A DNA stretch of 64,000 nucleotides. Source: the human T2T-CHM13v2.0 reference genome, Homo sapiens. The position numbers and the translations under genes are program-made. Location of the stretch: assembly GCF_009914755.1 (NCBI RefSeq), contig NC_060933.1. One strand, 5' to 3'. The notes under the pieces are model-generated. The model did not search any database and had not been told where the DNA came from. It saw only the letters and a list, made by a program, of their open reading frames with translations. How positions within the stretch are numbered: the first letter of the stretch is position 1; each line of letters opens with the position of its first letter. Shown here in pieces: positions 14,412-29,875 of the stretch.

Positions 14412-17400
14412 AAGAGGCTTTGTATCCTTTGACTAATATTTCCCCATTCTCCTCACACTTCACCCTTTGAACTGTACTTCTTAAACACATACCTATGGAA
14501 TTAAGTAAAAATGGGCTTGTTTTTCTTGTGTATAGCAAGACATTGGACTCCCAACTCCAGTCTTTCCACCAGAAAAAAAAAAATGCCACGAATTGAAATG
14601 CTAACTATTATTCAATGGCCTCTAAGGTCAAAAATATGGAAGCTACTTCAATCAGAATGAGTAATATAGACACATTTAAAGAAATTAAAACAAGCCCACA
14701 GATTTTCTGACATTATGAGTGCTATCTACTATCTCCTTTCCTCTGCTGTCCCGGAAGAGCACTCAATCCCAGAGAATCCTAACTAATAGTAATACTAACA
14801 ATAACATTCATTCTAGAGTTGAGTTGTATTTAGCATGGTCTTTTAAAAGGCTTTGTGAATGCTAAAATGTTTACAAAACTTTTAAAAATATAATATTTCA
14901 ATATTCCAACCACATTGTAACCATGTAGCAATACATAATTAGCTACATTGAGGAGTAAGGTTCAATGACGTGCCCAAGGTCATAAGGCTGAGTCGTGGCA
15001 GGGCCAGAACTCTGACTCCATGCCCTGGCTGTTTTACTTGCCCCATACCTGGCCTTCTTCTGGGGTGCTAATGGCTGCCCCAGAATGGTGACTGAGCCAG
15101 ATCATGGGACGAACTTTAAACATTTCAGAAATTCCAGTTATTTTAGAAACTACTAGCTGTGGAGCCACTAAGAACCAGGTAAGAAACTTGAGGACTAGCA
15201 CTAGACAAATTATGAAGTTGAGATTTTTCTCTAGTGAATTTCTCCCTTTCCTTTTTATGCTGCCATCTCCTGCCCAGACTTATATCTACCTCTCAGATAA
15301 TGAACACTTTACCAGACTTATAAGGACTAGTTTCCAATAATGACACTTAGGGCAGCTCTGGACATGTCCCTCTCCCCAGCTACATTAAAACTTACCCATC
15401 CTGTGTCTTCTTCACTTAGAGCTTAGCAATAAGCTCCAGACTTGTAAAAGACTAATTCACATTCAAGATTGCAGTATTTCTCCTAGAGGTGGTTTTATTC
15501 TTGAAAGTAATTCCTGGGTGAAGGCAATGTCTTAAAGGAATAAATGATCAAAAAATCTTGGACACTAGACAGACCAAAAATATTTTCAGACGTGATGGTG
15601 TCTTTAATCACATTATGAAAACATTTATTTATAGGTGAAGGTCATGTTCAAAGTGAATTAAATTAAACCTCTCCGTTCATCACTGAGGTGCTTTGGCCAT
15701 CTTGCTGAAAGTTAATGAAGATGTAGAAAACTTCATGAAGTCCTTCTGAGGCAATTGGTGTTTCTGGGATCACTGATGGGCTGCACAGTCCATCACCCAC
15801 AATTGTCATTTCAGATCTTCCTCTGAGCCACAGCTGGTCCCAACTTAAACTACTGAACTGAGTTTAGGGTCTCATGCTAGATTTGGTATAGTTTTCTTAC
15901 TGAGATAGACTCAGATATCAAGATATTAAAATATTTCAAAGGTTTTAGAGTTAACAACATTAATATATTGAAATTTTTTCTTGAAGTATAAGTCCTATTT
16001 TATCAGTACATCTTCTACATTGATAATTAACTGTATCCTTTACCCAGTGAATATCTAAAATAATGTATAGTTTACCAAAATTATGGGAAATCTACAGACT
16101 ACTTCTATCTAGGGTTGAGCAGATTTCCCTTTAAAATTATAATTCTGTTAGACTAATGCTTGATACAAAACACATAAGAGCCAAAAATTCATGTTAAGTG
16201 GCAGGTAAAAGGCAATCTGAGGTAAAATATGTTATTGTATTATAATATGAAGTTTTCAAGAGGCCATTGTTCACCTATTACATTAGCAATTACTATTTTT
16301 TAAAAATAATAACACTCAATGTCAGTAAGAGGCATGAGATAGGCATGCTCATGCAATGTTCAATGTTTCAAAGAACTTTTGAAATAATTATACTCTTTTT
16401 CTTAGCTATTCCTCTTCTAGGAATAAGAGAAGTAAACAGACATGTGCAATTTATAGTAGGAAAAAGAAGCTTAGAAACAACTTAAACATTCACTTATGAA
16501 AAAATTTGAATACATTAAGGCACATCACATCAAGAAATATTACATATCCACTAAAAGTAATCTTTTAACAATTGTGGTTTTTATTTTAAATTTTAATTTA
16601 ATTTAATTTTGCATAGAGAATATGTGAATTATATATATATTATATATATATAAAATATTTTAGTTGCAGAGAAGGTTTTCAATGATATGTTCCCCTCACA
16701 TGCCTAACCATCTCCCCAAGGCAATCAGTTTTACCAGTTTCTTGTTTATCATGTCAGAGATATTTTATGCATAAACAAGTTCTAACGTGTGAATAAAAGT
16801 TTGTCTTCCCTCAAGGACATCACATTAAATTTGGAAGTTTAAAAAAGATTACTACTCAATTCTCTACGATTTCTCACTACAAAGCTTCCTGTGAGATTTC
16901 CAAAATTTTCAGTATGGAAGGACTTCCTACCGTGGGACATTGCTAGAAATCCTATTTGCCCACCTGTCTGATTAATAGAGACCTTCTGATTAAGAGCAAA
17001 AGAAATAAGGAGTTGTAGTCATGTGGGCACTTTCCCTCCAAATTCCTAATCACTGGTTGTATTTTAGGGGGTGAATGGAAGTGAATGAGTTTTCCTTTTT
17101 CTCAGCCTAGATGATATTCACTCACCCACTAGAAGAGATGAGTTGAACAAGCAAAGCAACTTCTTAATTTTGACATTGGCTACAGTGACAAGGAAACACC
17201 TTAAAAGCAAAAGTAGACCTTGAACTTAGCTTCTCACACGGTCAGCAGAACGGTGTGCTGGCCAGTCCCACACCGACACTTCCTGCCCTCCATCATGCTG
17301 AGCCAGGGGCCCCACTATGTCATCATGGCACATTTAACTTCCATCCAGGTCCCCATCAACATCATTGCCCTCATTGTGCTTAGAGGAAACATCACAAACC

Positions 17401-20400
17401 TTAGAAGGCAACCTTCACGCACTGTCTCCCCAAGCCAAATAAAATGTCTTCCACGATGACCTTTTTGCTGGGACTTTGTGCTTTTTTCCTCAGATAAAAA
17501 TCGCAAGATGTAAAATTTGTTATAGAAACTGTTTAATGAGTATCTGGACCTGAAGCATCATAAGCACTTAATAATTTTCCAAGCAATGACTAAATGAATG
17601 AATCCTATATTGTTGTTTTAAAGAATAAATGTTAAAGATGCATGCATGATACCTTTTGGCACTGTGTTTGGTACTAAATGAAAAGAGCAGAGGTGGACAT
17701 TTTGATAGTGAGGAAAGGACTTCTGGATTTGTATTTGAGAAATGTTTAATGCAGTGTTTGATTCCGAAGCCCTAATGATAACAGGATACACATGATGACA
17801 AGTGACGATCCGTCCTTGGCAGCTGACCTTACTAACAGACTGTTATGACCCTAAGCTATTTTGTTGGAACTGAGCCATACCCACAGAGGGGGAGACAGTT
17901 AACAATTCTTGAGTTATGTAGCACCTTTCTCCCCCAAAAGAAATCCCACACTTAGTTGGCAAATCCTTTCCCTGTATCTGGCTATTTAATGCCTTTTCTC
18001 CTGCTCTGTAGAGAAATTTTTCACTGTATAAATTGGTTTCATTTATAAATGGTGAAAATTTTTAAATTAAAAATGTACAGTGCCATTTAAATATAAAGTA
18101 TTATTATTTATGGTAACTATTATTGCTGTTATAATTACCATAAGAATGATAATGTTTATAATGCTCTCCCAAAATAACAAGCAACTTGTTAGCTGGATAA
18201 CTAGCTCATGTAACTAGCTAGTGTAAACGAGTATAAGCCCAGGCATTTAGTATGCATTTGGTAAGAATTTATTGCCGAATTAATCAGTAGGTGTAATTTT
18301 CCTTGTCTTGGAATTGTAGGGAATAAGAACTAGCTCCTAGGGGAAGGAATGCATGATCTGTAGGAGCAGCTCTATTTGATACATGATCTGCCAAGTCAGA
18401 AGAGTTTCAGGTACTCAACCCCAAAACATGCATATGCCCAGTCGTGGCTCTCAGAGAGGATGCCCAACCTTCAGTGATGAAGAAAACACAGGCACTCATC
18501 ATGTCTGGGCTTTTGCAGCTCTCTTTGGTGCAATGGCAGTGAGCTCAGCCACAGGACGGGCAGTTTTCATGCTCAGTAGCAACCACCATCTTCTGACCAC
18601 TTTCTATTTGCCAAGCACAAGGAAGGAATCATGGCACCAGTTTGATAAATGGGGAAAGTTGGACACAGAGAGGTTGATTCTGTTGACTAAGGATGCATCT
18701 CTTAAGTGGACTAGTCATAATATGAGCACAAGTCCAAAGCCCATGCCACAAACTGGTGTTTCCCAAAGATTCAGTCTCAGTCCACTGGGAGGATCATGAA
18801 TTCCTCCAGGCAAGACTCTAATTAACTATCACAAGTCCTTATCTCAGGTCTTATAATACACAAATAATTACTCCACTGAGTTTCATTTTTATGTAAGAAT
18901 AAGGACAAATTCACCAGTAACTTACTTAGTCCATTACTAGGAGTTATTAAAATGTTGGTATTCACAAACTAAAATGAACATGTTATTAGATAGTTTATAG
19001 ATGGCTCTAATACATAACTCTACCAAGGGTTCAGGCTGACATAACACATTGTAAAGTTGCTATTTTGCCTGTGTGACACACAGAGAGCTGGAAATCCACT
19101 AGAAAGTGATAATGGGTGGGCTAAGCGGACTGTGAGGTCTTTGCCTTGCTTAAGTGTGCTGTAATAATATATTAAAAGGTTGAGTGCCATCGTCCTAACT
19201 ATTATGCTAAAAGGAAAGAGGAGAGAGTTTATTCCCTTCCACGTGAACGGATCAGTGCAAGCTGGTACTATGTTCTTGTATATGGAAAGGTAGCTTAAGC
19301 ACTAAATATTATTTTATTTTTCTCACATCCCTATAATTTACATAGAACACAATTATTTTAAAAATGTCCTATTATTTTCTAAACTAATGATCTAGAATCT
19401 CAAATAAGGCAGGACATATCCAATGCTGATGAGGTCTTAATTCACAGGTTGATTCATTTTTTGAATAAATATTATTTGAATCCTTGCCTGTTTTGAGGGA
19501 TGCTAACGAGCCTGCCTTTTTCATACCCTAAGCAATATAAACTCCTTGGCAAGGCCATTTAATCTCTCTTCAGAAAATCAGAATAAGCACTTTTCTAAAA
19601 CATACCTAAGGCAGCTGTGCATTCAACACATCACCCATCAACTGCCTTTAGCAAACAGAAGATCATTTTTAGATTCCCAGTATTAACTATTCTTGGACCC
19701 ACTAGTTGCAAGGGCATGGGCAAATTGGGTTATCCATTCTATGACTGTTTTTATCACAGAGTTGACAATATATATTGTTCTTTAGTAAAATGTTCCTACT
19801 CATCTGAAAAATTCTTTAGCCGTTGGGATACAGCTCTTAATTTTCAACCATAAGATAATAATTCAACATTTATTTATCTAGATCACCCAATTATTATTTG
19901 TTAGTAAGTGTAGTGGTGTTAAATAGCAATTATTTCTACTTGGCAATTTTTATCTCAGCCCAGGAAAAAATAAATTGTTTAAATAAGGTAGAAGAAGAAG
20001 TCTTTTAAGTCTTTGATATGACATTTATCACTGAAGATTCCCCAGGCTTTGTTGACCCCCAAAGCAGCTATATTTTAATAATGCTTTTCAAGCAGTTTGA
20101 AAACAATTTTCATTTACCACTTAATAGTATTTAGGACAGCAACTTGAACAACTAGTAAGTGTTAAGGTTAAGAAACAAAAAGTAAATAAAATGGAAATGC
20201 AAATGCTGCTACATTCGCTAAATTGTATTCACATTCAGTACTTTTTCATTTGTTCTGATAAAGTATGGTAAGCCCCCAAGCTTTATGTAGTAACCCTTCA
20301 TCCTAGAAAGAAAAGAAGAGAGATCACTGTGCACATGTATTTCTCTTTGTACTTTTTTCTTTCTTTAGGGAAATGAGAGTTTAATATGTTTTCATTCAGT

Positions 20401-22845
20401 CCCGAAATAACATTCAACATTAAGTATAGCATATGTATTAATGATGATAAGTAAAAATGGTAATGATGAAAATGTCGACCCAGCCTAATGTCTATGATTA
20501 AAAGGTAGAAAGAAAAAACAAGTGACAATTCTCATTCGGAAACAGATTTACGGCAGGTAGTCAAATTTCACGAGGGTTAGGAGGATTGTAGATAGCCTTT
20601 CAAACCAAAAACTCATGGTATTGTTGGTCAGTAACCTCCTATGGACCAGCAGTATCCCAACAGGGGCCTTTTGGGGAATTTAAACTTCAACAACAATGAC
20701 ATACTGTATTTTCCACAGTATAGGCGGTGTGTCCACCATGGTAGCCACCAAATTGCTCCTAGCAAGGAAGTGACCCGGTGTCTGTCTGCTCCTTAGATTA
20801 AAGAGGAAAAGGCTTCTGTAATACGTAGTCTGTCTTTGCTGGCAAAGATCACCTAGCCCTACTGAAAGTATGGGGGTTGGAAGCACAATTCTTCAAGACT
20901 TCTTCAAATAGAAGAAATGTCAATATTTAGTACTTAAACATTAAAAAGTACGTCTTTCTTGAAATGCTCTAAATATCACTCACCTTTGTAAACAAGTCTA
21001 TATATTGTGTACGTGATTTAGAGAATGGGCTTAAATGCTCAAACAGACATGGATCCACATTATTAATTATGTAATATAAGCTGTTGTTCTCAGATGTTAG
21101 CAAGCATTAGAATCAGGCTGGAGAGCGTTTTCAGACACAGATTGCTATCATGTTCATTCCTAGGGTTCCTGGACCACATCTCAGTAGACTCGAGGTGGGT
21201 CAGGGAATTTGTATCTCTAACAAGTACACAGGAGCAGGAGGTGGTACTGATGCTACTCATTGGAGGAACACATGTGGAGAATCGCCAATCTAAAGTTCCA
21301 TTCCTAGCCCTGCTGTGCCTCAGTTTCTTCACCAGTTACTTGAGAGTACTAACACCTACCACCCAGAGTTGTTGTGATTAAATAAATGAGATAATGCATT
21401 TAAATCTCTTAACACAATGCCTGGCTCCTACTGTAATATGCTCTCAATCCATGCTAGCTATTACTACTGTTTAATTCTATGGACCCTGGAGAGATCAGAA
21501 AATGAAGACAATGAATGGCATGATATATTTGCCTTTGGTTGCCTCTCTGAATTTTCTGCTTTTACCTTTAAGTAGACTAAACTCCTGTTTTCACTTCTGA
21601 GTTAGAAAGATGTAGTTCTTCAATGATGCTAAATCCACATTTAGTTTGGCAATGTGAATTGTTCATGTGGTTTTATATTCCACATTTGTTTCTCATTCTG
21701 TTCAGTAAAATATTCATGATTTTGGTTGGCTGTAAGATGTCCCAGGATGAGCGAGGGAAAAGAACCGTGCACAGTTCTACCTTGTAAGATACTTCAGGGA
21801 CAAATTTCCTTCTACAAACACAAACTTGGGCTGCACACAGAGATAATGCTACCATTCTTGGACTTTTCTACATTTTTAAGTAATTTACTATAGTTGGTTG
21901 TTAAGCTGTCTCCTGGTGAGTATGTTCCTTAGAAGACGTAAGATGAGAAACTCAACTCTTTCACTGGTTTTGGAACAGAGCTAAGTTGGTTTAACACTAA
22001 TGACTGTACCTGTATTCTTTCTGACAGGATTGTCGGGTTCTTATGTAAATGAGTATATGTTGTTGGTGCCTTTGTACAGAAAGAAAAGAAACAGACTGAG
22101 ATCTAAAAAATAGCAATAAATGAACCAAACCTACACATCTAGGGTTAAAAAGCACTAATGTTTATAAAGAAGCAGGTATTCTATTTGTTGTTGTTCTTGT
22201 TGTTGTGATAACCACAATGGAAGACCAGACTCATGAGAGATAGGAATGCTTTTGGTAGAAAATTCTGAGCTAGCATGGATGAAACCCATGCACTAATATA
22301 TAATAATATAGGTCCCAGGTGCAGCAGCTTATAGCCACGTCTCCTGGATTAAAGCAATCAAAGCTCATCCTGCGATGTTGCATATTCAGCAACATGCAAA
22401 ATTACTACCATCACCCATGACACCAAATAATAGAAGTCTTCATCACATATGGGCTTCTGAAGGGACTTATCTGAAGTCAACTTCCAAGTTAAGATCCCTT
22501 GGGGAAGATTCTTATGTTATCAATTTCTTTGTCTATTTTTTTGAATGGTGTCTCCTCCACTCAGGGAAATGACTTCAGACTGCAAGGAGGTAGAACAAAC
22601 ATCATTAAGGCAGGATTGAAGTTCACCACTGAGTTGAGGATTGTAACGGTGAGGCTTGCCACTTTACATAAGCCTAAGTGTCCAGATGAAAGCTATGTTG
22701 GGGGACTACAGATGTGTTTCTTCTTTGATGGCAATCTTTGTGATTCCTGGATAAATGAAAACATTTCAGAAGTTAGAAATAAGTGAAATGTCCTACATTC
22801 AAAAGCAGACAGGGAAAGACACATTTCATATAGACACATGTTTAT

Positions 22846-22945
22846 ACTATATATATATTTATTTATATATATATACACACACACATAAGTGTATTCATAA
22901 GTACATAAGTATATCTATATACATATATACATGTATTCATATAGA
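22846..22945. repeat. (TA)n/(CA)n low-complexity repeat
   Basis: Degenerate TA/CA runs. Confidence 0.85.
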
Positions 22946-23548
22946 CACACATGCACTGCAGACACTATAGATACTCTACACCATGGCTGTAGGACAAATT
23001 ACTGACTAGAGCCTTACGACTTGGGAAGTAAAGTGGTATCATTGGTAGTCATCTTGGGCATACCAGAAATTAAGTAATGACAAACTAATCTCATAGCATT
23101 TCTGATACTATACTGTTAAGATCAGTGAAGCAACACAGAATTGTGTTTTTATTTTAGCAAGGTTTCTAGGCATACTACAGACATATGGGCTGGAGGGAAT
23201 CATAATTGGTTGCAGGAGAATGCGACAGGGGTACTTGTTTTGCAACGTGCTGAACTCCCCATTGTTGAATACATGCTGAATGAGAACCAGGAAAGTCTAT
23301 TTCTCTTCCTGCACAATGAGCTTATGGGCTGAAAGTTCCATGAAGTAAGGTTCTTAACTCAGGTACTAGAGTATCCGCTCAACAAAGAGGTATTTGATAA
23401 ATGAACAAATGTCAAAATTTAAGAAGTGATTGTTACAGCCATTTTCTAACATCCAGATCTCTATTCTTAAATAGCTTCGATTTCTACTGAGTTAGGACGT
23501 GTTTGCTTAAGAAACACGTCCTAACAATAAGAAAATTGCTAGTTTCTG

Positions 23549-23867
<319 letters not shown>

Positions 23868-25066
23868 CTATTCTGTTATCTGTGTTATCTGTATAACTTT
23901 CCCTCTGATGAAAAATAAATAGAAGTACTGTTGGGAAAATACTTAAAACTGTGAATGGTTTTTTATAACATGGATTTGAATCAAAGTTAAGATATTTGCA
24001 AACCCAGTCGCCAGAATAATTTTACTACTAATTAAAGCAATAATCCCTATTCTACGTTGCACAAAAATTAAACTGCACAAGTTTCTTCTTGCATTTGCCA
24101 AACTGTAAATAGATTAACCCATTCTTTCAGCCTTCTAAAGAATTGACTAAATTAAAATAATATTGAATTTTAGTAAGTACCCTTCAGATACCTCATTTTG
24201 CCAATACAGATTTGACAGAACAAAATGCTGTCATGATTGAAGAAATATTTTTCACTGCTTATTCATCAATTCAGATAAAATGATGTCATACAAAGTCAAA
24301 GTTCAGAAAAACACAGATATACCCCCATTATTCCCATACTGTTTCCTTCTATGCTCTCATCTATAATTTTAACGGAATTAAATGTTTAATTAGTGCCTAC
24401 TACATACCAGAATATTGGCTTAAGTGCATTCACATATATTATCTGATTCAATTCTCGTAACAAATACGCAAAATAGTAATTATTTTTCCTAATTTACAAA
24501 TGAGGAAACAAAGGTTCTGAGGGGCTGTAACTTCCCAACACTGCATAGCTAGAGAAGTGTAGAAACAGAACCCTCTTCTAATGCTGACACATCCTTTCAC
24601 CATTGCTTTTTTCTCCATCATCTACCAACTGTTGACCCTAGGAGGTAATGAGTAGTTGGTCATTCTGATTCTCAACTCAAAGGATAAATTAATGAATGGA
24701 CACAAAATTTCTTTTTTTTCTTTTTAATATGACCCATACTGCCTCCAGAAGGATACATGAGTTCAATGTAAAGACCTCAGGAGAATTTTTTCAGTGATTT
24801 GGAATCAAAATAAGACTATCAATAAACATACAATTGATAGCTGATATTTACTGAATATTTACCATGTTTCAGACACCGTCACCTGTGCTTCATATGCATT
24901 TTCTCTTTTATTTCTCAAACAGCAAAACTGAACTTTATCAGCTGGGTATAATTTTCATCTCTACTTCACAGAAGAAATTGAGACACAGAGGGATTGAGTA
25001 ACTTGCACTAATCATACTGTTACATAGTAAAGCCTGGGTTTGTGTCCAGCCACTGAAACTCTAGAA

Positions 25067-25264
25067 CAGTGGTTGTCAACTGGGCCTATTTTGTCCCCAG
25101 GGGGTATTTGGCAATATTTGGAAACCTGTTTGGTTGTCATAAGTGAGGGGCAACACTGGCATCTAGTGGATAGAGGCCAAGGATGTTTAAAATACACAGA
25201 ACAGCTCCAGAGAAAAAAAGAATTATCCAGCCCAAAATATCAATGACAAGCATAAGAAACCCTG
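25067..25264 (+). mobile_element. MER20 (hAT-Charlie) with intact 8-bp TSD
   Basis: CAGTGGTT...AACCCTG termini, internal 'ctggcatctagtggatagaggcca', TSD CTCTAGAA at 25059-25066 and 25265-25272. Confidence 0.88.
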
Positions 25265-25605
25265 CTCTAGAACCTGCCTTTTGGCATTTCTCTGTACTTC
25301 TGTACTACTGAATTTGGGCAAAATCATGGAAATAATGTATACAGCGTCTCACATTACTGATGATTAATTCTCAGCTGCTTTTAATCTCACGACACTTTCT
25401 CATGACAATATTGATTATAATACATTGCAACAGCAGATTTTACTGTACCTCATAAAGATCTTGGTATCTTCTGTAAAATAAAAATGCCTGGTTTCACTTC
25501 CCAAAATTTCGTGCTAAATTAGTCTGATGTAAATCTCTTGGGAATCAGATATTTTTTAAAAAGCTCCCCAAGTGATTTTAACATGCAGCCAAGTTTTGAG
25601 AAACA

Positions 25606-25655
25606 TGTAGAGAAAAATAACAGAGATTTTTGTAGAGAAAAATAACAGAGATTTT
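25606..25655. repeat. Perfect 25-bp tandem duplication
   Basis: TGTAGAGAAAAATAACAGAGATTTT x2. Confidence 0.95.
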
Positions 25656-26905
25656 TAAAGTATGGAACACTTTCTATTCTCCACTAAAATAGTATCCTAG
25701 TAATGGTTCAAAGTTATTGAATGTTTATTATGTGCCCAGGGCTGGACTGAATGCTTTGCAGGAATTATCTCACTTTAAATTCTTCAAATATTCTCTATGC
25801 AAAATTAAATTAAATTAATACCTAAACTCCTAATACCATCATCTTGAGGGTAAGAATTTGAACATATTAATTTGGGGGAGACACACACATTCAGACCACA
25901 GCATCACCATTTTACAGATGATGAAACTGAAACATCTGAAAATTAACTTATCCACACTACACAGTTAGTGAGTAACAGAGCTGTTTATTAAATGTAGCTC
26001 TTTCTGACTAGAAAACCCATGGTGTAAACCAGCAGTTCTGAAACATGAGCATGCCTCAGAACCATCCAGAAAGCTAGTGAACACATAGATTGTTGAGCTC
26101 AGCCCCCAGAGTCTCTGATTCAGTAGGTCTGGAATGGTATCTAAGAATCTACATGTTTAACAAGTTCCCAGTGATGCCGCTGACTTTGCTGGTCTGGGGA
26201 CTACACTTTTCAAGAACCTCCGTGGGATGGTTTCTATAAAATCAAGCTATTTTTAATGACATTTCTTCTATTTGAGGGGATTTATCCCTCATTTCCCCCT
26301 GAATCTTGGCAGCTGTGGGTGGTTGGAGAACTTTTCTGTCCCCCTAGCATAATGTCTTCTGATACTAGGGACGGTTGTAAGCACTACGTTAGTGTGAAAA
26401 GTGCATAATAGCTGCTGCCTACTGTGAGATGGGGTCAAGGGAGAGCTACCCAGGGGAGAAATCAACTCCCCCTTGCCTCTAAAGCTAAGCTCCCTTAACC
26501 AGAGAAAATGAAATCTACCAACAGGACAGAAACAGACCTAAACCATTGGGACAACAATTCAAAGTGACAATTAAATGCCAGATCAAGGGGATGAAGGGAC
26601 AGGTTGTATATTAAGGGAAAACAGGAAATGAAGAGAAGATTTTTGTTTCAACTTCCTTGTTCCTACACTTAGAACCAACTATGATTAAATAAAGAACAAA
26701 AAGAGGCAAGTGTTTTTCTTTTTAAACTATCTCTCATCCCCACTAAACATCAGCAAGCAAGGAAGCAAACATATCCCAAAGATGAGCCATCGATGTAAAA
26801 CACAAGTTAGGGGAAATCATGAGAGTAGGCGGTGAGACTCCTATATGGTCCCCCAGTGTTGAGTCAAGCAACTAGTGTGTATTCACCCATTGATCAACTC
26901 CATTC

Positions 26906-27296
<391 letters not shown>

Positions 27297-29097
27297 TAGT
27301 CAAGGTGAAAGAGAAGCATATAAACAGGATTATTGAAGAGTACCAGGACCAAATGAGTGGTGGGGACATAGGATCCCAGGGTAAGCAGAAATTACTGTGG
27401 GTAAATGGTCAGGGGACACTTTGCAAACGTGGTGGGAGTTGAGCTGGGTCTTCAAAATTAGGTTAGGTGTGGGTAATTGGAGCAGAGTGGAGAGAGGCTG
27501 TCAGGAAGTTCAAGGAGGAGATAGAGGTGGCATTAAAAGGCAGAGAAGTGAGGCATTTGGGATGGCTCAGGTGAATGGATGGCTTTGACCTAGGATCACA
27601 GGTGAGTGCCTGAAGACAGAGCTGGCCCGGGTTGTAGAAAGGTAGGCCAAGGAAGAGCTTGGGTTTGTTTTGTGGAACCTAGAGGGCTGAAAAGTTTTTG
27701 ATAAGGAAGGTGATGTGATAAAACTGAAACTTTATAGACATACTAGCCATCCTCCTTCTTTCCTGAACACACGCTAGATCCACCCCTCGTATCTGAGCTC
27801 CTGTCTCCAACTCTGCCCTTTGTTTCTAGGCGACAAGCATACTCTGTGCTATTAATTCTCCTTTGATTCTCTTTTGTACCCATTTCCTGGTTGCGAGAGC
27901 GGGAGCTGGATTTTTATCAAGGCTCAGTAGACATAAAGATGTATAAGTTTCTACCCCTAATACTTGGCTTTTAGCACCCTATGAATGGTGCCTATTAATT
28001 TCATTTACTCAGGTTAATATTTAATAACCTTGAAGTAGTTCACAGGGAACAATTCTGTCTACAATTTGAACTATAACACATCAGATATTTGGTATCCCCC
28101 AGATCGATTTGCTTTCTGACAAAAAAAAAGAAGTTCTTAAATGGTTTTCTTACTTATCCTCATTACCTACAGATCTTCTAAGTTAGAATTTTATTTCTTG
28201 TAAAATACAGAAAAATAACAATTACAATGAAAACAATCAAATCGGATTAAATCCACAGGATTTAAATACACACTGGACTGTGAGCTTCATCACATTTATT
28301 TCCAAGTACAAATGGTAGTAATTACTTATGAATTAATTAATAAATATTGAAAGAATGAATGATAACCAGAGTCAACAGCCAAAATGCATATCTCCACGAT
28401 GAACAAAGGCATGAAGATTCATATTGAACTATGTTTACTGAATTCCCAGTGTGTTTCAGACACAATATTAAGCACTTTCACATTTACTCCTTTTATGACT
28501 TAATGAGTGTTACAATCTGATTTCAGACATGAGTAGCCTGAGGTACAAATAGTTAAGTAATTTACCCAAGAAGTGACAACCAGATGTGTTAACTCAAAGC
28601 CCAAGGTTCTTTGCTAAAGTTTTTACCAAATGTATCTAATCATAACAAATACCTAAGTGCTTATGACTATAGGTTCCCAGACCCCTCCTCAGATTCTGAC
28701 TCAGTAGTTGCTGGGGTTAGGAATCTATGCCATATGTCTCCGGTGATTCTGAGGACCATTCCAAGGGTCTTCAGTCCCTGCTGCCCGTTAGAATTACTTT
28801 AGAAGTGTTTAAAATTCCAGATGCCTTGGCCCCCCACCAAACAAATCAATGAAAGTAAGAAGGAAATCCCTGGACATCAATATTTTTAAGCTCTCTGGGT
28901 TATTCCAATGGGCATCCACAGCTGAGAACCACTAAGTTCGGCTCTACCATGCCAAAAATAATCTTGAATGGATTTCCCAGCCTCCTCTCCACCCCTTGCC
29001 TTTCTCCCCATCAAAAAGCAGTTCTACTACAATGTAAGCCAGGGAAAAGTGGAGATGTTTAAGAGAAGACAGGAATAAAAGGAGGATTAACAAACCA

Positions 29098-29460
29098 TTT
29101 GCTTTCTGTTCCTGTGTTAATTCACTTCGGATAATGGCATCCAGCTGCATCTACGTTGCTTTAAAGGTCATGATTTTATTATTTTTATGGCTGTGTAGTA
29201 TTTCATGGTATATGTGTACCATATTTTATTTATTCAAGCCACCATTGGTGGGCATCTGGGCTGATTGCATGTTTTTGCTATTGTGAATAAAGCTGTGATG
29301 AACACATGGGTGCATGTGTCTTTGGTAGAATGATTTGTTTTCCTTTGGGTATATACCCAATAATGGGATTGCTGGGTTGAATGACAGTACTGTTTGAAGT
29401 TGAGAAATATCCACCTGCTTTCCACAGTGGCTGAACTAATTTACACTCCACCAACTTATA
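29098..29460 (-). mobile_element. L1 (ORF2 end/3'UTR) fragment
   Basis: Minus-strand ORF pieces 'FNPAIPLLGIYPKENKSFYQ', 'KDTCTHVFITALFTIAKTCNQPRCP' match the L1 ORF2p C-terminus. Confidence 0.88.
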
Positions 29461-29669
29461 TGGTTGCGTGTGCATAGACTTGTTCTGAAAAAGAAGCAAG
29501 GAAATATCAGTGGGTAACTCAGTGGGGTAGTACGGAGGGCTGAGGGTTGGGCTAACACAAAGAGATTAAAATTTCCCCTTTATACCTTTGTGTATGTTAT
29601 GATTTGTTTAATATTCAAATATCACTTTTTTAAATTAAAAGACAACCTCTTTTTTTTAAAAAAAAGCCA

Positions 29670-29875
29670 TTTGTCATAATAGTGTATTGTATTTTCTACT
29701 AAATGAGTAGATTATAGTTGCTCTTGGCACAAGGAGGAATGGGTAATTATGTGAGATGATGGATATGTTAATTTATTCCACTATAGTAACCATTTTACTA
29801 TGTACAATACATGTGTCCTAGAACATCATGTTGTATATTTTAAATATACATAATAAAATTTATTTTTAAAAAAAT
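29670..29875 (+). mobile_element. L1MA-like 3' terminus
   Basis: 'tatgtgagatgatggatatgttaattt...aacatcatgttgtata...aataaaatttattttt' + A-tail. Confidence 0.72.

Noticed and set aside
18383-18799. 138-aa + strand ORF
   Set aside because: No recognisable domain or splice context, and it overlaps a MIR-like remnant; such a length can occur by chance in 64 kb.
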